A stretch of 34,204 nucleotides of DNA from Cytophagaceae bacterium (GTDB taxonomy: Bacteria > Bacteroidota > Bacteroidia > Cytophagales > Cytophagaceae): positions 1 to 34,204 of the forward strand of contig DATMOV010000183.1 of NCBI GenBank assembly GCA_035568055.1, written 5' to 3'. Below, one piece after another: positions 27,287 to 31,646 of the stretch. Under the pieces are notes generated by a model, which saw only the letters and a list, made by a program, of their open reading frames with translations, did not search any database and was not told the origin of the DNA. Position 1 is the first letter of the stretch. Every line of letters starts with the position of its first letter. The position numbers were made by a program, and so were the translations under genes.

Positions 27287-27566
27287 TTCCCCTCTAGCGC
27301 GAGCGTCAAGTTTGTTACAGCATTGCTCTTACCTCTTCCTAATTATTATTTCAAAAAAAGACTGTATCCAATTTGAAGTCGCTCCTTCTGATTATACCAG
27401 TAAAGATAGCTTTCGACATTAATTGTGCACGAAGTGGTAGAGGTAGAAGATCGTAATTGATATTCCTTCTGGTAATGGAAAGTTTATTGGTTTGTCTAAC
27501 TTGACGCTCGCACCAGCGATAAAGTTTGTTATAGAGGAAAGCAATAAGCGCAAACAAAGGTGAAAT
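27287..27566. repeat. Non-coding repeat element, copy A (nested inverted repeats)
   Basis: Roughly 85-90% identical by eye to 28933-29169 plus 29360-29406. The 16-bp inverted repeat gcgcgagcgtcaagtt (27297-27312) / aacttgacgctcgcac (27498-27513) flanks 185 bp. An outer pair cctcta (27291-27296) / tagagg (27532-27537) encloses it. No reading frame is conserved on either strand. Confidence 0.8.
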
Positions 27567-27658
27567 TTAAGATTCATCATAAAGAAGGGCACAGTTCTTG
27601 CCTCTTTCAGAATAGAATAAATTTTTAAATAATAATCTATTAAACTACTTTTAAAATT

Positions 27659-28480
27659 ATGAAAAAAATAATAATCGGATTAAGTCTTTTGTCATTAATG
27701 ACATCGGCTTTTGCACAAAGAAAAGAAAATGATCCTAAGCATGAATATCATTACAGATCAATCCCTACAATTGAGACTGAAGATATAAAAATCGAAATTG
27801 TAGATGCTCACTCTCAACGTGAATTCACTAAAATGAAATTGAAGATCACTAATAAGACTGATGATTATATAGTATTCAGGCCTAGTGAAACAATAATGAA
27901 AAATGAAAAAGGAGAGTTTAATTTAACTGATAAAGATATCATAATCGGTCCTTTAGAGTCTGACAATAAAGTTCTTACTTTTAAAGGTATCGATATGCAT
28001 GTTAAACAAATGTCTTTGTTATTAAAAGGTTTCTATAAATTCCCATCTAAAGGAGAGGTTCAAAAAGCACCTGACTTTGTGCTTCCTGCCAGCTCAAATG
28101 ATTTTACAGCAGGTCCTTTTTCATGTACTTTGCTGAAATCTTCTAAAGAAACTGATAAAACTGAGGTTCAGTTTAAGTGCACTTATAACGGAAATGATTT
28201 TGGTATTTTAAAACCTTCTAAGATTGTTGTAAAGACTGAAAAGGGACAAGAATATGCTACGGCAAAATCAACTCAAAAAACTACTTTACTGACCAAAGGT
28301 AAAAAAGACAATTTCACGGCTACCTTTGTTATTCCAGGGAAAGTAGTGGATATGCAATTCGCTAATCTTGCCATTGTTTGGAAAGATACCTTTTCTGAGT
28401 CAAAGCAATCTGCCATTACTGTACCTTCTTCTTTTAATTTTGAGTTGGATCCTGGTCTGACAGCAGGAAAAAACAAGTAG
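27659..28480 (+). CDS. Secreted protein of unknown function, two tandem beta-sandwich-like domains
   Basis: 273 aa with a signal peptide (LLSLMTSAFAQ). Two internally similar Lys/Thr-rich beta-strand halves are seen (KIEIVDAHSQREFTKMKLKITNKTDDYIVFRPSE... and FSCTLLKSSKETDKTEVQFKCTYNGNDFGILKPSK...). I recognised no catalytic motif. Confidence 0.7.
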   Translation: MKKIIIGLSLLSLMTSAFAQRKENDPKHEYHYRSIPTIETEDIKIEIVDAHSQREFTKMKLKITNKTDDYIVFRPSETIMKNEKGEFNLTDKDIIIGPLESDNKVLTFKGIDMHVKQMSLLLKGFYKFPSKGEVQKAPDFVLPASSNDFTAGPFSCTLLKSSKETDKTEVQFKCTYNGNDFGILKPSKIVVKTEKGQEYATAKSTQKTTLLTKGKKDNFTATFVIPGKVVDMQFANLAIVWKDTFSESKQSAITVPSSFNFELDPGLTAGKNK

Positions 28481-28502
28481 TTTATTAAGTTCCAATTAAA
28501 AT

Positions 28503-28531
28503 AAAAAAAGGCCAATTTTTGGCCTTTTTTT
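28503..28531. terminator. Intrinsic (bidirectional-looking) terminator after the secreted-protein gene
   Basis: The sequence aaaaaaaggccaa ttt ttggccttttttt forms the stem ggccaa (28510-28515) / ttggcc (28519-28524), flanked by an A-run and a T-run. Confidence 0.75.
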
Positions 28532-28697
28532 ATTTAGGTCACTCTTCATAGAAGCATAACTTCCAAGTGTAATGGCCTTCTCCCATCGATCAGAACAAGA
28601 ATTTATGAAATAGTTTATTTTGTGTTTAATTTAGTCAAAGACAGAAAGGTAACGTTTTATTCATTCACTGTTTGTTGTGATTTTTAAATAGATAAAT

Positions 28698-28934
28698 ATG
28701 AAATCTTATCTCAGCATTTTTATTCCGGCATTATTGTCTTTTATGGCGTCGTGCAGTTCAGACAAAGTGGAAGAAATTTCCTAGTCAAAGACAGACAGCA
28801 GCTCCGTGATTGATAGTATGCGGCAGCCTTTACAACAAGAAAAAATACAAGAGCAGGCTGACTATAAAGTAATAGATTCAGTTCATTTTAATTTTGAGGG
28901 TTATCTGGCTTTGTACAGATCGTCCGGTATTATT
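28698..28934 (+). pseudogene. Decayed lipoprotein gene: in-frame TAG after the signal peptide, 3' end replaced by repeat copy B
   Basis: The ATG at 28698 gives MKSYLSIFIPALLSFMASCSSDKVEEIS (lipobox) and then TAG at 28782-28784. The same frame continues SKTDSSSVIDSMRQPLQQEKIQEQADYKVIDSVHFNFEGYLALYRSSGII and runs into the repeat element, with the frame closing at 29066. Confidence 0.45.
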
Positions 28935-29406
28935 CCTCTAGCGCGAGCGTCAGGTTTGTTGCAGTATTGCTCTTACCTCTTCCTAATTATTGTTTCAAAG
29001 AAAGACTGTATCCAATTTGAAGTCGCTCGTACCGATTATACCAGTGAAGATAGCTTTCGACATTAATTGGGCACGAGCGAAGTGGCACAGGTAAAAGATC
29101 CGCAATAATATTCCTTATGTTAATGGAAAGCTTATTGGTTTGTCCAACTTGACGCTCGCGCCAGCGATACAAGCACCCACTGGAGCTTGATGTTAATAGT
29201 GTGCAAGAAAAATTAAAGGATCTTCACTGTCTTAATTGTTGCTATAATAAATTGGGAGTAATAGATTATTTGAGTAGGATCAAAAATAGCATTAAATTTA
29301 AACAGCAATGGGTGGTTGGCCAAAAGAATGGTATAAAGCCGAAAAGGCACAATCACGGCAAGTTTTGTTATAGAGGAAAGCAATAAGCGCCAACCAAGGT
29401 GAAAAT
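28933..29406. repeat. Non-coding repeat element, copy B (same nested inverted repeats, with a ~190-bp insertion)
   Basis: Inverted repeat gcgcgagcgtcaggtt (28941-28956) / aacttgacgctcgcgc (29146-29161). Outer pair cctcta (28935-28940) / tagagg (29371-29376). The segment 29170-29359 has no counterpart in copy A. The right arm aagttttgttatagaggaaagcaataagcgcc resumes at 29360 and ends 10 nt before the kinase-like ATG. Confidence 0.8.
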
Positions 29407-29415
29407 AAATAAAAT

Positions 29416-29934
29416 ATGAAATATCCACGTAAACTTTCGGCAGGTGCTAATAATATTGTAATTGTTTTAAGCGAAACAGAAGCAGGTAAATTATTTGTGG
29501 GCGACACACGCTCTGAAATTGGCTCTGAAGCAGAGAAAATGCAATTTGCAAATGCCATAAATAATTTGGTTGTAAAATTTATCAGGTTAGAGTTTAATGA
29601 AGCCATACAAGCAGAAATGCTGGTAATGGAACGAATACATCCCATAGATTATAGAGCTTATGAAGTAGAGAGAAGAGAACTGTGGCTAGATGTGTTTGAA
29701 GATGACCTAAAAACCTTGCACAGCGCAGGATTCGCACATCGCGATTTAAAAAGGCCTTCAAACATTGGCGGGTTGGCATTTGACAATATACTGCTTACCC
29801 AAACAGGGTTGCGATTAATAGATGTAGGGATATCGGCATTGCGGAAACAAGTAGGTGATAAAATTTTTGAAAAATATATAGAAATAGAAAACAAAGAAAT
29901 AGCTGAGTTTAGAGATTATTTTTTGAACAGGTAA
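29416..29934 (+). CDS. Minimal protein-kinase-like protein (Bud32/RIO/ePK-like atypical kinase fold)
   Basis: 172 aa. It has a Gly-rich-loop-like SAGANNIV, a candidate VAIK-type Lys (AGKLF), a hinge-like LVMERIHP, the catalytic loop HRDLKRPSN (nt 29737-29751 encode HRDLK) with a following DNILL, and IDVG (29818-29829) in the DFG position. Confidence 0.6.
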   Translation: MKYPRKLSAGANNIVIVLSETEAGKLFVGDTRSEIGSEAEKMQFANAINNLVVKFIRLEFNEAIQAEMLVMERIHPIDYRAYEVERRELWLDVFEDDLKTLHSAGFAHRDLKRPSNIGGLAFDNILLTQTGLRLIDVGISALRKQVGDKIFEKYIEIENKEIAEFRDYFLNR

Positions 29935-30133
29935 TCCTCCATTAGCTTGAGCAACAAATGGCATAGGACGTCAGCGGAATAAAGCCCTTTTTCTCATTTT
30001 AATTTCCAAACCATTTCCTTCATCTCGCCCTGTTGAATTTGATCCTTGAAGGGAGAAATGTGGAAATCGCCAGCTTTACTTTAGTGTATTAATTAGATTT
30101 ATTGCCACCACGAAAATTGCTTAATTTTATACT

Positions 30134-31183
30134 ATGGACGAACAGCAACCAAAACGACCACGTCGTGTAAGATATAAAGGCACACACCCAAAATCTTTTA
30201 AAGAAAAATACAAAGAACTGCAGCCAGAACAGTATGCGAAGGACATTGAAAAGGTTATACAACAGGGACGCACTCCGGCAGGTATGCATCGTTCTATTTG
30301 TGTTAACGAAATAATGGAATTTCTCAAAATAATTCCGGGCCAAATTGGGCTGGATGCTACGCTGGGTTATGGCGGACATAGTTTAGAGATGCTTAAGTTC
30401 TTGCTTCCGGGCGGGCGTCTGTATGCTATTGATGTGGATCCTTTTGAATTGCCCAGAACTACAGAGCCTCTGGCATCTTTGGGTTATGGACCTGAAGTTT
30501 TAGTCATTAAGAAAATGAATTTTTCAGAAATAGATCAGATTGCCGCCGAAGCAGGGCCTTTGAATTTTGTATTGGCGGATTTGGGTGTTTCTTCTATGCA
30601 AATAGATAATCCTGAAAGAGGATTCTCATTTAAGGTTGAAGGGCCGCTAGACTTAAGGCTTAATCCTAAAAGCGGAAAATCTGCGGCTGCTCTTTTAAAA
30701 AGAATTTCTCAGGATGAATTGGAAGGGCTTTTCATAGAAAATGCAGATGAGCCACATGCCAAACCGATCGCCAAAGCCATTGTATCCGGCATCGCAAAAG
30801 GAATGGAGGTAGAAACAACAACACAGTTGCGGGAGATTATCAAAGAAGCCTTGAAATTTCTTCCACAAATTGATGGTAAGGATGAGGTTAAGAAATCCTG
30901 TCAACGATGCTTTCAGGCATTGCGCATTGATGTGAATGATGAATTTGGCGTATTGGATAAATTTCTTGAAAAGCTACCTTTTGCTCTCGCTCCGAATGGA
31001 CGAGTGGCAATACTTTCATTTCATTCAGGTGAAGACCGGCGGGTTAAAAAATCTTTTCAAAGCTTATTTCGTGAAGGTATTTACCGTGAAGTTGCCCCAG
31101 ACCCGATTCGGCCATCAGCAGAGGAATGTAATACCAATCCACGTGCGCGTTCCGCCAAGCTGCGTTGGGCTATAAAAGCATAG
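30134..31183 (+). CDS. RsmH/MraW-family SAM-dependent (16S rRNA m4C1402-type) methyltransferase, divergent, with a basic N-terminal extension
   Basis: 349 aa. The family pattern reads H-x-SICVNEIMEFL, LDATLGYGGHS, YAIDVDP, LADLGVSSMQIDNPERGFSF, GPLDLRLNP, QALRIDVNDEF, VAILSFHSGEDRRVK and NPRARSAKLRWAIK. The first ~50 aa (PKRPRRVRYKGTHPKSFKEKYKEL...) are extra relative to the canonical protein. It is not in a dcw/mraZ context. Confidence 0.8.
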   Translation: MDEQQPKRPRRVRYKGTHPKSFKEKYKELQPEQYAKDIEKVIQQGRTPAGMHRSICVNEIMEFLKIIPGQIGLDATLGYGGHSLEMLKFLLPGGRLYAIDVDPFELPRTTEPLASLGYGPEVLVIKKMNFSEIDQIAAEAGPLNFVLADLGVSSMQIDNPERGFSFKVEGPLDLRLNPKSGKSAAALLKRISQDELEGLFIENADEPHAKPIAKAIVSGIAKGMEVETTTQLREIIKEALKFLPQIDGKDEVKKSCQRCFQALRIDVNDEFGVLDKFLEKLPFALAPNGRVAILSFHSGEDRRVKKSFQSLFREGIYREVAPDPIRPSAEECNTNPRARSAKLRWAIKA

Positions 31184-31285
31184 CACTAGTGGGTAAATCC
31201 GAGCAACTGTACAGCTTTGTTTTTTTTATAATACATTTTCTCTGATTTTATTTGCCTGATCAATTGGAATTAACATTAATAAGAT

Positions 31286-31516
31286 ATGATCCATAAATTA
31301 AATATCGTTTTGCTATTTCTTTCGATTCAGTTTCTGGCAACAACCATGTACGGATAGCGTAATGATATTAAAAATAATGATTCAAAAAGGATAACCGTAG
31401 GTATAGAACAGGATGTTTTACTTTATGTACTAAAAGGTTTTATTGGAACTGCCTGGGTAAAGACGGAGTCCGTATTATTTAATGTGAGCTTCCAGTTTAC
31501 TCAACGGGAAGCTTGA
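31286..31516 (+). pseudogene. Possible decayed gene remnant (signal peptide, in-frame TAG, short beta-rich fragment)
   Basis: The ATG at 31286 gives MIHKLNIVLLFLSIQFLATTMYG and then TAG (31355-31357). The same frame continues RNDIKNNDSKRITVGIEQDVLLYVLKGFIGTAWVKTESVLFNVSFQFTQREA and stops at 31514-31516. This is too short to be a complete protein. Confidence 0.3.
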
Positions 31517-31646
31517 ATATTATATTTTAGTCCAATCAAATATAGTTTCTGGATTTGTTTCGTTTTATTGTAATAAAACTGATATTATTCAGTGCAATTA
31601 AACCTTTTGGAAGCTTTAGTTGTCTAAGTAATATAACCTCAGAAAT

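Noticed and set aside
27494-27537. Integron attC / CALIN cassette boundary (gtctaac / gtccaac fits RYYYAAC)
   Set aside because: No matching GTTRRRY partner lies at the appropriate distance, the geometry does not fit a 57-141-bp attC, and no intI is in the window.
27351-27557. Similar short minus-strand ORFs inside both repeat copies (68 aa at 27351-27557 and 61 aa at 28987-29172, sharing YRW.ERQV.QTNKLSI)
   Set aside because: The similarity only reflects the nucleotide repeat. An extra gagc at 29075-29078 puts the remainder in different frames, and the starts differ, so there is no conserved protein.
29201-29386. 61-aa GTG-initiated Cys-containing ORF inside the copy-B insertion
   Set aside because: It has no ATG, no recognisable domain, and runs from insert DNA into repeat DNA. 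It is kept only as a note under the insertion finding.
27287-29406. Diversity-generating retroelement (TR/VR pair), suggested by several A-to-G differences between the copies
   Set aside because: There is no reverse transcriptase in the window. Neither copy lies in the 3' end of an intact target gene. Many differences are at non-adenine positions, and indels are present.
27287-29406. Retron-type or other RT/nuclease-associated ncRNA (inverted repeats flanking a structured core)
   Set aside because: No RT, TnpB/IscB, IS110-type recombinase or any nuclease gene is adjacent. The downstream genes are a secreted protein and a mini-kinase. Internal pairings are not supported by compensatory changes between the two copies.
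30008-30062. Imperfect hairpin (ccatttccttca ... tgaagggagaaatgtgg) between the kinase-like and RsmH-like genes
   Set aside because: It has several bulges, no following T-tract and no second copy for comparison, so there is not enough evidence to call a terminator or riboregulator.
28782-31357. Stop-codon reassignment or programmed read-through of TAG (two in-frame TAGs just after signal peptides)
   Set aside because: TAG terminates well-conserved genes at their expected ends (atpB at 23279-23281, the 27659 ORF and the RsmH-like gene). Both interrupted ORFs are also truncated. Pseudogenisation is the simpler explanation.
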